From positions 896,001-960,000 of the forward strand of contig NZ_CP186926.1 in the NCBI RefSeq assembly GCF_049554935.1: a stretch of DNA of 64,000 nucleotides, written 5' to 3'. A program made the position numbers and the translations under genes. Origin of the DNA: Methanocaldococcus indicus (GTDB taxonomy: Archaea; AGJL01; Methanococci; Methanococcales; Methanocaldococcaceae). The notes beneath the pieces were generated by a model. That model searched no databases. It saw only the letters and a list, made by a program, of their open reading frames with translations, and had not been told where the DNA came from. Positions 55,074 through 64,000 of the stretch are shown piece by piece (within the stretch, counting starts at the first letter, position 1; each line of letters starts with the position of its first letter).

Positions 55074-55982
55074 ATGATTCTATTTGAATGGGGAACATAC
55101 AATGCATTATCAACTTTAAAACAAGCTGCTTTATTGGGGACAAGAATAACAGAGATTCCTCCAGCAATGTTATCTAAAAAAATGGCTCCTGGATATTATG
55201 AAAGCTATAAAGCTTATGGAAAAGAGTTTTTTACAACCATCTTAGCTCATGGACCTTACTATCATCCTTTATCAGAAGGTGGTTTAAAAGGACATCTAAC
55301 TGCTATAGAGAGAGCTTCATTAGCTGGAGCGGAAATTTATAACTATCATTTAGGTGTTAGAAAAGGTAATGATTTTGATAAACATTTAGAAGTCTTAAAA
55401 AAATTCTATGAGAAAAATAAAGAAATGATTTACTCTATTGAGCCAGCAACTAATTATAATGAATTTGGAACTTTGGATGAATTAGAAGAGCTAATAATAT
55501 CTGCAAATGAGTTAGGAATTAAAGCTATTCCTGGCTTACAGTTAGAGAATATATTTTTAAGTGAATTAAATGTATATGAAACAGATGACTGGGAAGATGC
55601 AAAAGAAAAGGCAGATGTTAAGTTTTGGTTAAATATTTTTGAGAGATTTGATAAAATATCTAATATTATGCATTTTAGATTCTCACAAGTTATTGGGCTA
55701 AAATATAAAAACAGATTCTTTAAAAAGAGAGTCCCATTAGGTTATGGCTATCCTCCAATTGAACCATTATCTGAGGCATTAGCTATATATTTAGTGGATA
55801 ATGCATTAAAAAGAGGATTTAAAAAAGTAATCTTTGTATATACTGGACTACCAGAAGTTAAATATAAGGATTTAATAGATATATATGCATTAGTTATGAA
55901 AAAGGCAGTAGATAAGTTAATGAGAAGAGATGAGCAAATAGAATTTGGAGAATTTTACAAAAAAATGATTGAGGAGGAATAA
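55074..55982 (+). CDS. Hypothetical protein, possibly TIM-barrel (AP endonuclease 2/xylose isomerase-like)
   Basis: AHGPYY, NYHLG, SIEPA, FGTLDE, MHFRFS pattern. Confidence 0.6.
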   Translation: MILFEWGTYNALSTLKQAALLGTRITEIPPAMLSKKMAPGYYESYKAYGKEFFTTILAHGPYYHPLSEGGLKGHLTAIERASLAGAEIYNYHLGVRKGNDFDKHLEVLKKFYEKNKEMIYSIEPATNYNEFGTLDELEELIISANELGIKAIPGLQLENIFLSELNVYETDDWEDAKEKADVKFWLNIFERFDKISNIMHFRFSQVIGLKYKNRFFKKRVPLGYGYPPIEPLSEALAIYLVDNALKRGFKKVIFVYTGLPEVKYKDLIDIYALVMKKAVDKLMRRDEQIEFGEFYKKMIEEE

Positions 55983-55983
55983 G

Positions 55984-56847
55984 ATGGGAATTAGTGATAT
56001 AAATAAGATTCCTGAAACTGTTGAACAGATGAGTAGTATTGATAAACTCTACTACAAAAGACTCTTACAATATATAAAAACTACACTAAAAATTGATGTT
56101 ACTCAATACAAAGATAATTATATCATTAGAAGATTAAAGGTTAGAATGAAAGCAACAAAGTGTAGCTCATTTAAAGAGTACTATGAATATTTAAGAACTC
56201 ATCCAGAAGAGAAAGAAAAATTAGAAGAAACATTAACAGTTAATGTAACTGAATTCTGGAGAGATATAACTGTCTATAAAGAATTAATGAAGATTATAGA
56301 CAATTTTATTAAGGATAAGAGTAGAAGAAAATTAAGAGTTTGGAGTGCAGGATGTTCTTCAGGAGAAGAGCCTTATGGAGTAGCTATAATAATTTTAGAG
56401 TCTATGAAAAAGAACAACAGAAAAATGTTTGATGCAAAAATAACAGGAACTGATATTGACAAAGAAGTTTTAAATAAAGCAAGAAGAGGAGTATATCATA
56501 TAAAACAATTAAGAAATCTTCCTGCCAATATTATTCAAAAATATTTTACTAAACTAAATGATGAGGAGTATATGATTAAGCCAGAAGTTAAGAGATTAGT
56601 AACATTTAAGATTCATGATTTGATTAAAGACCCTCCATTAAAAAATATGGATATTGTTATGTGTAGGAATGTTATAATCTACTTTGATAAAAAAACACAA
56701 GCTGAATTATTTTTAAAGTTCTATGAAGCCCTAAATCCAGGAGGGTTTTTAATATTAGGAAAAACTGAAATACTACATGGAAAAGCAAAAGAATTATTTA
56801 AGACATATAATGCAAGAGAAAGAATCTATCAAAAACCTTTAGAATAA
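55984..56847 (+). CDS. cheR: Chemotaxis methyltransferase CheR
   Basis: TVNVTEFWRD, WSAGCSSGEEPY, CRNVIIYF. Confidence 0.95.
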   Translation: MGISDINKIPETVEQMSSIDKLYYKRLLQYIKTTLKIDVTQYKDNYIIRRLKVRMKATKCSSFKEYYEYLRTHPEEKEKLEETLTVNVTEFWRDITVYKELMKIIDNFIKDKSRRKLRVWSAGCSSGEEPYGVAIIILESMKKNNRKMFDAKITGTDIDKEVLNKARRGVYHIKQLRNLPANIIQKYFTKLNDEEYMIKPEVKRLVTFKIHDLIKDPPLKNMDIVMCRNVIIYFDKKTQAELFLKFYEALNPGGFLILGKTEILHGKAKELFKTYNARERIYQKPLE

Positions 56848-57447
56848 TTTATCTAATCTTTCTAGTGATTCTGGTTCAATAATTATTAATAGATAACATT
56901 TTAATGGAAATCTTCCAATAATCTCAATTTTATTATCAAACAATAGGACAATATCAGTCTTTTCAGCAACTTCAGCAATTAATGCCTCTACTATACTAAA
57001 ACCAATATCTTTTATAAATTCTGGAGGAGTTATGTTAATAGTTCCATTCAATCTGTTTGCAAATACATTTAAGAATGAGGATATTACAATATTTCCAACT
57101 TCATTAATTAATGATTTCTCCATCTCTTCATAATCAGGTAGTTGTTCTTTATGAACTAAGCTATCCCATAATATATCTAATAAAAGTAATTTTTCTAACT
57201 TTACAGAATCTTGCTCAGGAATTAAAATTAAACTTTTACCTTTTAATATCCCATTAAAGTCAATTCTTGCGGCTTTATAATTTATATCACCAAATTGTTC
57301 TGGAACATATTCAATTAGTGCAAATCTTAACCCTAAGAAATAGACCTCTACATTTTCCCCAGTCAATTCCATAAATGCATTTGCCATATTTTCAGAAGCT
57401 TCCCTTCCAATCTCAATAAGTTTATTTATAGGTTCAAGCAAACTCAT
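56839..57447 (-). CDS. cheC: Chemotaxis phosphatase CheC
   Basis: SLINEVGNI motif, ITPPEF. Confidence 0.8.
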   Translation of the reverse strand: MSLLEPINKLIEIGREASENMANAFMELTGENVEVYFLGLRFALIEYVPEQFGDINYKAARIDFNGILKGKSLILIPEQDSVKLEKLLLLDILWDSLVHKEQLPDYEEMEKSLINEVGNIVISSFLNVFANRLNGTINITPPEFIKDIGFSIVEALIAEVAEKTDIVLLFDNKIEIIGRFPLKCYLLIIIEPESLERLDKLF

Positions 57448-57519
57448 AACAAACCCCACACATCAATAATCTTTTTTACATTTAACTCTTTTACTTTTAG
57501 ATTATATAAAATTTGTGTT

Positions 57520-58497
57520 TTATAGTCCAATTAATGCTAATATATAAGCTAAAGCTCCAATAATAATTAAAGTGAATGAGACATTATAGAGTTCCTTAAA
57601 TGTTAAGAATGGAGAAAATGCCTTAACAATGCCAGCAAATATAGCTAAAATTAATGAAACAACTATATTAATAATTAGAGATATAGGATTTTCAAATGTT
57701 GGAGGACAACCTAAATAGATAGTTGAGAATAAAGAACCTAAAACAATAATTAAAAATTCATATCCACATAAATATAGAGCTCTATATTTAGCTATTAACT
57801 CCATACTTGTTCCATCTATTACATCAGCTTTTGTGTGAGTTATTGAAAATGGATACTCTTTTATCATAATTAAGTAGCTAATGAAAAAAATTAATGCTCC
57901 TAATAACCCAGATAAAGAAAGTATAAATGGAGTTTTTAAATTTGATAGATATATTGTCTTACTTACAAAGAATGGTAAAAATAAGGATATATAAAATGGA
58001 AATGAGGCAATTGTTATAAATTTGTAGTTTCTAATAGCAGATAACTGCTCTAAGGATATTTTATTTATTCCAATATATTTAGCTCCTTTACATTCATCAA
58101 TATAAGGCATTCTAAATCCCATAATTGAGCAAGATAGAGAACCTTTAATTACATAAAATAACTCTTCAAGCTTTAAAATTCCTGCAATAAAGATAATATT
58201 TGACAAAATAGATATATTAAGAGTAGTTGCAACTAATAATACCCATAATATGATAATGGATAACATTGGAAAAATATTATAAACATTTGGAAGTATGGCA
58301 TCTGGCTTTTTTATTTCTTTATATATAAACTTAAAAAATGCCCAAAATCCAGGGGCTAATATACTTGGTCCTACTCTCCACTGTATTCTTGCTTGAATCT
58401 TTCTCTGAATTCCTGGAATTAATGTTGATAAAACAAAATATATTGATGGAATACCGACAATGGATAAGAAATAGTAAAGATAATAGTAGAGCTCCAT
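57520..58497 (-). CDS. ehbO: Energy-converting hydrogenase B membrane subunit (NuoH-like)
   Basis: RKIQARIQWRVGP; multiple TM segments. Confidence 0.8.
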   Translation of the reverse strand: MELYYYLYYFLSIVGIPSIYFVLSTLIPGIQRKIQARIQWRVGPSILAPGFWAFFKFIYKEIKKPDAILPNVYNIFPMLSIIILWVLLVATTLNISILSNIIFIAGILKLEELFYVIKGSLSCSIMGFRMPYIDECKGAKYIGINKISLEQLSAIRNYKFITIASFPFYISLFLPFFVSKTIYLSNLKTPFILSLSGLLGALIFFISYLIMIKEYPFSITHTKADVIDGTSMELIAKYRALYLCGYEFLIIVLGSLFSTIYLGCPPTFENPISLIINIVVSLILAIFAGIVKAFSPFLTFKELYNVSFTLIIIGALAYILALIGL

Positions 58498-58955
58498 TAT
58501 TTCTCCTCTAAGAGTTTTTTAACAGCTTTAACAATTCCACTAATAATTTCTTCTGGACTTGGAGAGCATCCTGGGACTTTAACATCAACAGGAATAATAT
58601 TTTCCAAAGGTCCATCAATAAAATCTGATGTTCCTAAATCCCCTCCAATGTTTTTATACACTCCTCCCATAATAGCACATGAACCAATAGCAACAACAAC
58701 CTTTGGCTCAGGAATCTTTTCATAAATCTTTTTTAATGAGTTAGTAACAAACTTTGTTATACATCCACTAACTATCAAAATATCTGCTTCTCTTGGATTA
58801 AATGTTAAAAAAACATTGTATTGTTCTGCATCATAGTAAGGAGAAAAAACTGCATTGACTGTTTCAATATCACAAGCATTACATCCTCCAGTAGATACAA
58901 GCATTATATGAATACAGTTTTTCCGTGATGTCTTTTTTAGCATAAATATACCCAA
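58497..58955 (-). CDS. ehbM: Energy-converting hydrogenase B small subunit (NuoB-like)
   Basis: GGCNACDIE, PREAD, GSCA, PGCSP. Confidence 0.82.
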   Translation of the reverse strand: MGIFMLKKTSRKNCIHIMLVSTGGCNACDIETVNAVFSPYYDAEQYNVFLTFNPREADILIVSGCITKFVTNSLKKIYEKIPEPKVVVAIGSCAIMGGVYKNIGGDLGTSDFIDGPLENIIPVDVKVPGCSPSPEEIISGIVKAVKKLLEEK

Positions 58956-59102
58956 TCTGTCATTATTAATAATGATAATTTTACAGTAACATTATTTATA
59001 TTTTATTTCCAATTATATTTATAAATCCAATTATATAAAAATATGCTATTAGGAAATCTAAATAGTAATTGTTATATTCTATAATCTAATTAAATTTATA
59101 AT

Positions 59103-59129
59103 ACCTACATTAAATTTCTTAATGTAGGT
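59103..59129. promoter_or_regulatory. Perfect 11-bp inverted repeat overlapping the RBS of alkaline phosphatase
   Basis: ACCTACATTAA-atttc-TTAATGTAGGT directly after TTTATATA. Confidence 0.55.
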
Positions 59130-59137
59130 GATAGCTA

Positions 59138-60712
59138 ATGAAAAAGATAGGGATTGTCGCAGTATTTGTAATGATTCTACTCTCTGTTTTTACAGCAGGT
59201 TGTGTAGGAAATCAAAGTAACTCAAAAGTAGAAATAAATGAAATGCCTGCTAAAAGTATAGAAGCTAAAAGTGCAGAAAATAACATTCCAAAAGCTAAAA
59301 GTGTTATTATCTTCATTGGAGATGGGATGGGAATAAATCAAGTATATTTAGCAAACAGATATTCTGAGGAGGTTTATGGGAAGAATTTAACATTTCCATA
59401 TGTAACTAATAATACTGGATTAATGACAACATACTCATTAGGACATGATGTTACAGATTCTGCAGCTGCAGCAGTAGCAATGTTCTCAGGATATAAGACC
59501 AAAAATAGAATGGTAAATATGCTTCCTGATGGTAAAATACCTAAAAAAATCTTATCAGAAATATTTAAAGAAGAAGGTAAGTCAGTTGGAATTATAACAA
59601 CTACAAGAATTACACATGCTACACCAGCAGCAATGTATGCACATGTAAAAGATAGAGGGGAAGAGGATAAAATTGCTGAACAGCTTTTAGAATTTGAGCC
59701 AGATGTTGCACTTGGTGGAGGATTAGAGTACTTTATACCAAAAGATGAAAAAGGAAGTAAAAGAAAAGACAATAAGAATCTTATTGAAGAATTTAAAAAG
59801 AAGGGTTATACTATTGTTTATAATAAAGAAGAGTTAGAAAAAGTAAATCCAGAAAATACTAAAAAATTATTAGGATTGTTTTCAATGTCCCATATGGCTT
59901 ATGAGATAGATAGAGAAAATATTCCTGAATATCAAAATCAACCATCATTGGCTGAAATGACTAAAAAAGCATTAGAAATATTAGATAAAAATCCTAATGG
60001 TTTTATCTTAATGGTTGAAGGAGGAAGAATAGACCATGGATATCACACTCATGATATAAAAGCAGCAGTTGTAGATGTTAAAGCGTTTGATGACGCTATA
60101 AAAGTAGCTTTAGATTATCAAAAGAAGCATCCAGATACTCTAATTGTTATAACAGCAGACCATGAGACTGGTGGTTTATCTATTGGTAGAGGTACATGTT
60201 CTTATGCAGATTCCTCATCAGGGGCAGTAAGTTATAAAGAAAATGTTAGTGCAGTTAAGAATGTCAAATGTAGTGTAAAGTATTTAGTTAAAAGGATATT
60301 AGCAGATAACTTAAGTAAGGATGAAACTGTTAAGTTTATTGAAAAAATGTGGGGTACTAAACTAACAGACAAAGAAAAAGAACTCTTATTTAAATATCCA
60401 TTAGATTCAAAAATAACAGATAAGGTAATATTAAGTTATTATCCAAGAGTTAATGAATACTTAGATAACTGGGGAGAGTATGCTTTATCTAAAATAGAAA
60501 GTGATAGGTCAAGAGTCTATTGGACAGCTTATGGACATACACAAAATCCTGTAGCTGTTTGGGCTATTGGTCCAGGTGAAGAGTTGTTTAGAGGATTCTA
60601 TGACAATACAGATATATATACAAAAATCCTTGAAGCTTCAGAAGGAAACTATACTCACATTCCTTGCTCATCTTGTGTAGATTCAGCTCTTCTAATAGCA
60701 GCAGTTAATTAA
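59138..60712 (+). CDS. phoA: Alkaline phosphatase, lipoprotein
   Basis: TAGC lipobox, IGDGMG, VTDSAAA, THATPA, EGGRIDH, TADHETGG. Confidence 0.94.
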   Translation: MKKIGIVAVFVMILLSVFTAGCVGNQSNSKVEINEMPAKSIEAKSAENNIPKAKSVIIFIGDGMGINQVYLANRYSEEVYGKNLTFPYVTNNTGLMTTYSLGHDVTDSAAAAVAMFSGYKTKNRMVNMLPDGKIPKKILSEIFKEEGKSVGIITTTRITHATPAAMYAHVKDRGEEDKIAEQLLEFEPDVALGGGLEYFIPKDEKGSKRKDNKNLIEEFKKKGYTIVYNKEELEKVNPENTKKLLGLFSMSHMAYEIDRENIPEYQNQPSLAEMTKKALEILDKNPNGFILMVEGGRIDHGYHTHDIKAAVVDVKAFDDAIKVALDYQKKHPDTLIVITADHETGGLSIGRGTCSYADSSSGAVSYKENVSAVKNVKCSVKYLVKRILADNLSKDETVKFIEKMWGTKLTDKEKELLFKYPLDSKITDKVILSYYPRVNEYLDNWGEYALSKIESDRSRVYWTAYGHTQNPVAVWAIGPGEELFRGFYDNTDIYTKILEASEGNYTHIPCSSCVDSALLIAAVN

Positions 60713-60717
60713 TGAAT

Positions 60718-62013
60718 CTATTTTATTTTATTTTTAATATTAAATGTTCTTTTACATCTATATTTATAGCATATTTCAAATATTAAAGCTCCTAAAAATA
60801 CAACAACAGTTCCTATGAATGATTTTATATTATTTGTTAGTTGATAATATTGTAAGATTAAAAATATAGACAATATAACTATAAAGTTGAATAATATAAT
60901 TTTTCTATTTCCACCAACTTCATCAGCAAGTTTATAGTGGGAGAGAATAACACATAAGTAAATAACCATAAATACACTACTAATTATATTTGCTACTCCT
61001 CCTATTTTAAATAATAGTGCAAACAACAATCCTAAAATTGCAGTTATATATAGTCCTTCAGTTGATTTGAACCATACTTTTCTCTCAAAAAATTCAGGGA
61101 GTTCTCCATCTTTTGCTAATGAATATGCTACATTTGCACCTCCATATATAGTAGCATTCATAGCTGATGATATAGAGAAAATAGCTCCAATAGATATAAG
61201 TAAGAATCCTAATTCTCCTAAAAATGGCTTTGCAGCAATAGCAAGAGCATTCTCAGAGTATTTTATAATCTCTTCTATTGGCAAATTACCTATTGCAGTT
61301 ATAGCTACTCCAACATAAATAAACATAACCAATAGAATACTTATATATATAGCTAAAGGAACATTTTTAGTAGGATTTTCAATATGTTCAGATGCATTGG
61401 TTACAACACCAAATCCCATATATGATAAAAAGAATACAGCAGATGCAAATAAAGTTCCATAAAGATATTTTGGCTCTGTTGAAGGAATTAGATATGATAG
61501 ATGTAGAGTAAATAATCCACCTATAATGAACAATAGTAGAATAGTTAGTTTAATCAAAACTATAAAAAATTCAGCTCTTCCAACAGCTTTAGAACCAAAA
61601 AAGTTTAATGCTGTGAATAAAGCAACAATTCCAACCTCAGCCAAAGCTACATTTAGTGGAGTATATGGTAAATTAACTAATGGTAAGAAGTATCCAGCAA
61701 AACCATGAGCAAATAGAGCTATAGATATAACATAACTTAACCATAGTAATATACTTAATACCCCTGTTATAATAGAATCTCCAAAAGCTTTATGGATATA
61801 GGCAATAGGACCAGCATTTGATACAATTTTACTTCCAAGTTTTCCATATGAATATGCAACTAAAAGAGCATATATTCCAGAAAGAATAAAGGATATTGGT
61901 AAATTTCTACCAGCTATTTTTACACCAACACCAAAAATAGAGAATATACTTGCACCAATCATAACTCCAACAGCCATTGCAACTGCTTCATATAATGTCA
62001 ACTTTTTGGACAT
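60718..62013 (-). CDS. APC-family amino acid permease
   Basis: GVMIGASIF; about 12 TM segments. Confidence 0.9.
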   Translation of the reverse strand: MSKKLTLYEAVAMAVGVMIGASIFSIFGVGVKIAGRNLPISFILSGIYALLVAYSYGKLGSKIVSNAGPIAYIHKAFGDSIITGVLSILLWLSYVISIALFAHGFAGYFLPLVNLPYTPLNVALAEVGIVALFTALNFFGSKAVGRAEFFIVLIKLTILLLFIIGGLFTLHLSYLIPSTEPKYLYGTLFASAVFFLSYMGFGVVTNASEHIENPTKNVPLAIYISILLVMFIYVGVAITAIGNLPIEEIIKYSENALAIAAKPFLGELGFLLISIGAIFSISSAMNATIYGGANVAYSLAKDGELPEFFERKVWFKSTEGLYITAILGLLFALLFKIGGVANIISSVFMVIYLCVILSHYKLADEVGGNRKIILFNFIVILSIFLILQYYQLTNNIKSFIGTVVVFLGALIFEICYKYRCKRTFNIKNKIK

Positions 62014-62120
62014 ATTATCACAATTTTTAGAATTTTAGAGATTTTATTTGGATTATTTAATTATTTATTTAACATATGAACTATATAATATATATTAATG
62101 AAATTTTAAAGGTGTAAATT

Positions 62121-62879
62121 ATGAGAATTGAACTAAAACTAAAAACTGATAAATTTACAGTTATTCCATACAACCATCAATACTACTTAGCATCAGCAAT
62201 ATATAATAAGTTGCAATCAGCCAATCCAATTTATGCTGAAAAACTTCATAACTACAAAAAATTCAAATTTTTTACTTTTTCATTACTACAAGTAAAGAGA
62301 AGAGTTATAAGAAAGGAAGGTATTGAAACAATTGATGGTAATGTATATTTATATTTATCATCTCCAAAAAGTGATTTTATTGAGAACTTTGTTTCTGGAT
62401 TGTTAGATGATGGCTCTTTAAAAGTAGGAAATATTAATTTTTATGTTGATAAAGCAAAGGTTTTAAAAGTCCCTGAAAAATTTGAGATATTTAAAACAAT
62501 ATCTCCTATATATCTAAAAACAAAAATTGAAGACAATGGAAAATTAAAAGATTATGACCTACTTCCAAATCATTCTAAATTTTATGAAAACTTAAAAAAC
62601 AATTTAAAGAGAAAATATGAGCACTTTTACAATAAAAAGTGTGATTTGGATTTTGATTTTGAAATTTTAAAGTATAAATCTAAAAGGATGAAAATTAAAA
62701 ATGTTTATTGTAGATGCTCAGAATTAGTTTTTAAAGTTTGGGGAGATTATGAGCTTTTAAAATTTGGATATGAATGTGGATTTGGAGAAAAAAATAGTAT
62801 GGGATTTGGAATGGTTGTTAATACAAAAGATAAAGACACTGTCAAGTTAACGACTTCAACCAATTGTAGAACATCATGA
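62121..62879 (+). CDS. cas6: CRISPR endoribonuclease Cas6 (C-terminal 14 aa supplied by the IS)
   Basis: [18 protein letters not shown] Gly-rich loop. Confidence 0.95.
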   Translation: MRIELKLKTDKFTVIPYNHQYYLASAIYNKLQSANPIYAEKLHNYKKFKFFTFSLLQVKRRVIRKEGIETIDGNVYLYLSSPKSDFIENFVSGLLDDGSLKVGNINFYVDKAKVLKVPEKFEIFKTISPIYLKTKIEDNGKLKDYDLLPNHSKFYENLKNNLKRKYEHFYNKKCDLDFDFEILKYKSKRMKIKNVYCRCSELVFKVWGDYELLKFGYECGFGEKNSMGFGMVVNTKDKDTVKLTTSTNCRTS

Positions 62880-63536
62880 AACTTTTAATCCAGCTAACAA
62901 CTGTATCGAATTTGCTGTTATTAGGAAACCTATTATAAAATGCTTTAGTTCTTCGTTTGAGTAGTGAGAAAAAGCTTTCTACACAATTTCTCAGTCCGAA
63001 TCTGACTCTTTCAAATTCTAAACCCAATCTTTGCAATGCCCACGGATACCATCTTCCACCATCGACCAAAATCTTCGGCTTATTAGAGCAAAATTTTAAT
63101 ATACTCTTAACGAATAATATAGTATCGAGGCAGTTTCTTGTTTCAGAAACATAAACTCCCAAGCACTCTTTCGATTCAACATCAATAGCAGACCATACGT
63201 AAATATTTTCATTTCCAATCTTTAGTTTGGTCTCATCGATTGCAATTGCGTATCTTTCCTTTCTTTTAGGTTCGTTTAAAACATCTTTAATCTTGTGATA
63301 ATAAGTCCTAACCGACTCATGGCTTATACTTTCGAATTGGGAAAGAAACAAACTTACCTTCCTCAACGATAGTCCAAGATAATACAAAATCCCAGCTAAG
63401 ATTTTAACTTCTATCGACTTCTTATTCCTTTTAAAAATCTTCTCCTCTTCGATTCTCTCCTTTAAGACTTCTATCGTGAGCTTCATATTTTATTATTTTT
63501 TATCAATTATTAATAAAAGCTTAACTTGACACTCTC
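62835..63536 (-). mobile_element. IS6-family insertion sequence, 702 bp
   Basis: 16-bp TIRs GACACTGTCAAGTTAA / GAGAGTGTCAAGTTAA (2 mismatches); flanking direct repeat AAAGATAAA at 62826-62834 and 63537-63545. Confidence 0.92.
62842..63486 (-). CDS. IS6-family DDE transposase
   Basis: [26 protein letters not shown]. Confidence 0.93.
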   Translation of the reverse strand: MKLTIEVLKERIEEEKIFKRNKKSIEVKILAGILYYLGLSLRKVSLFLSQFESISHESVRTYYHKIKDVLNEPKRKERYAIAIDETKLKIGNENIYVWSAIDVESKECLGVYVSETRNCLDTILFVKSILKFCSNKPKILVDGGRWYPWALQRLGLEFERVRFGLRNCVESFFSLLKRRTKAFYNRFPNNSKFDTVVSWIKSFMMFYNWLKSLT

Positions 63537-63640
63537 AAAGATAAAAATAGAAAAAGATAAATAGATATGAATATAACATAAAATTATAATAACAACAAAA
63601 TCATTTAAATTAACAAATTATAATTATATTTGGTGAATTC

Positions 63641-64000
63641 ATGGAAATAAAAACTGATGAGATTATTAACCAAAATTATGATAAAAGTGAAAAAAACTAT
63701 AATATTGAAAAATCTAAAACTTTTATGTTTGAAGTTTCAATTTACCATGATGTATGGATGGACAATGCATTAGAAAATTTTTATCGAATTTTAAAAAAGA
63801 TAGACAATGAAGACCTTAATGTTACACTAACCAGTGATAAACTAATCTTTGAATTCGATAACTTTGAAGGGTTCAAAAATGCACTGATTCAACAAATTAA
63901 GCATAAATATAAAAATATGATTGTAATTGGAGAAGATAAAAAGACAGGAATTACAAAAGAGATTAAGAAGGACTTTATTCTGCTTCAAGAAGGTAAAAAG
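63641..64000 (+). CDS. Probable Cas8-type large subunit, N-terminal part (runs off window)
   Basis: GGTGA RBS; open frame MEIKTDE...HDVWMDNALENFYRIL...; position after cas6; family is inferred from context. Confidence 0.5.
   Translation, partial: MEIKTDEIINQNYDKSEKNYNIEKSKTFMFEVSIYHDVWMDNALENFYRILKKIDNEDLNVTLTSDKLIFEFDNFEGFKNALIQQIKHKYKNMIVIGEDKKTGITKEIKKDFILLQEGKK

Noticed and set aside
62121-62879. cas6 as an IS-inactivated pseudogene
   Set aside because: Only the last four residues are replaced; the C-terminal Gly-rich loop is intact

Overview
AT-rich archaeal DNA from a hyperthermophilic methanogen, most likely Methanocaldococcus (archaeal ribosomal/EF-2 cluster, RadA, SepCysS, Eha/Ehb and Fru hydrogenase genes, archaeal-type SECIS elements). 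Bases 1 to about 5040 are the right part of an integrated element inserted at tRNA-Ser(GCT). It carries an MCM helicase (truncated by the window edge), a tyrosine integrase, an MJ0366-like RHH protein and two divergent HxlR-type regulators. Each regulator is followed by a copy of a 335-387 bp repeat. The longer copy contains a mirror-symmetric array of TGYCAC/GTGRCA boxes around an AT-rich core; this is the most unusual structure in the window and a candidate origin or recombination site. The rest is mostly housekeeping genes, plus two selenoprotein genes missed or truncated by the ORF track (HesB-like and FruA, each with a 3' SECIS), two probable pseudogenes, an 8-repeat CRISPR array with leader, several perfect promoter-proximal palindromes, and an IS6 element inserted in the last codons of cas6 at the head of a cas operon. 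All family assignments come from motif recognition by eye; no searches were run.
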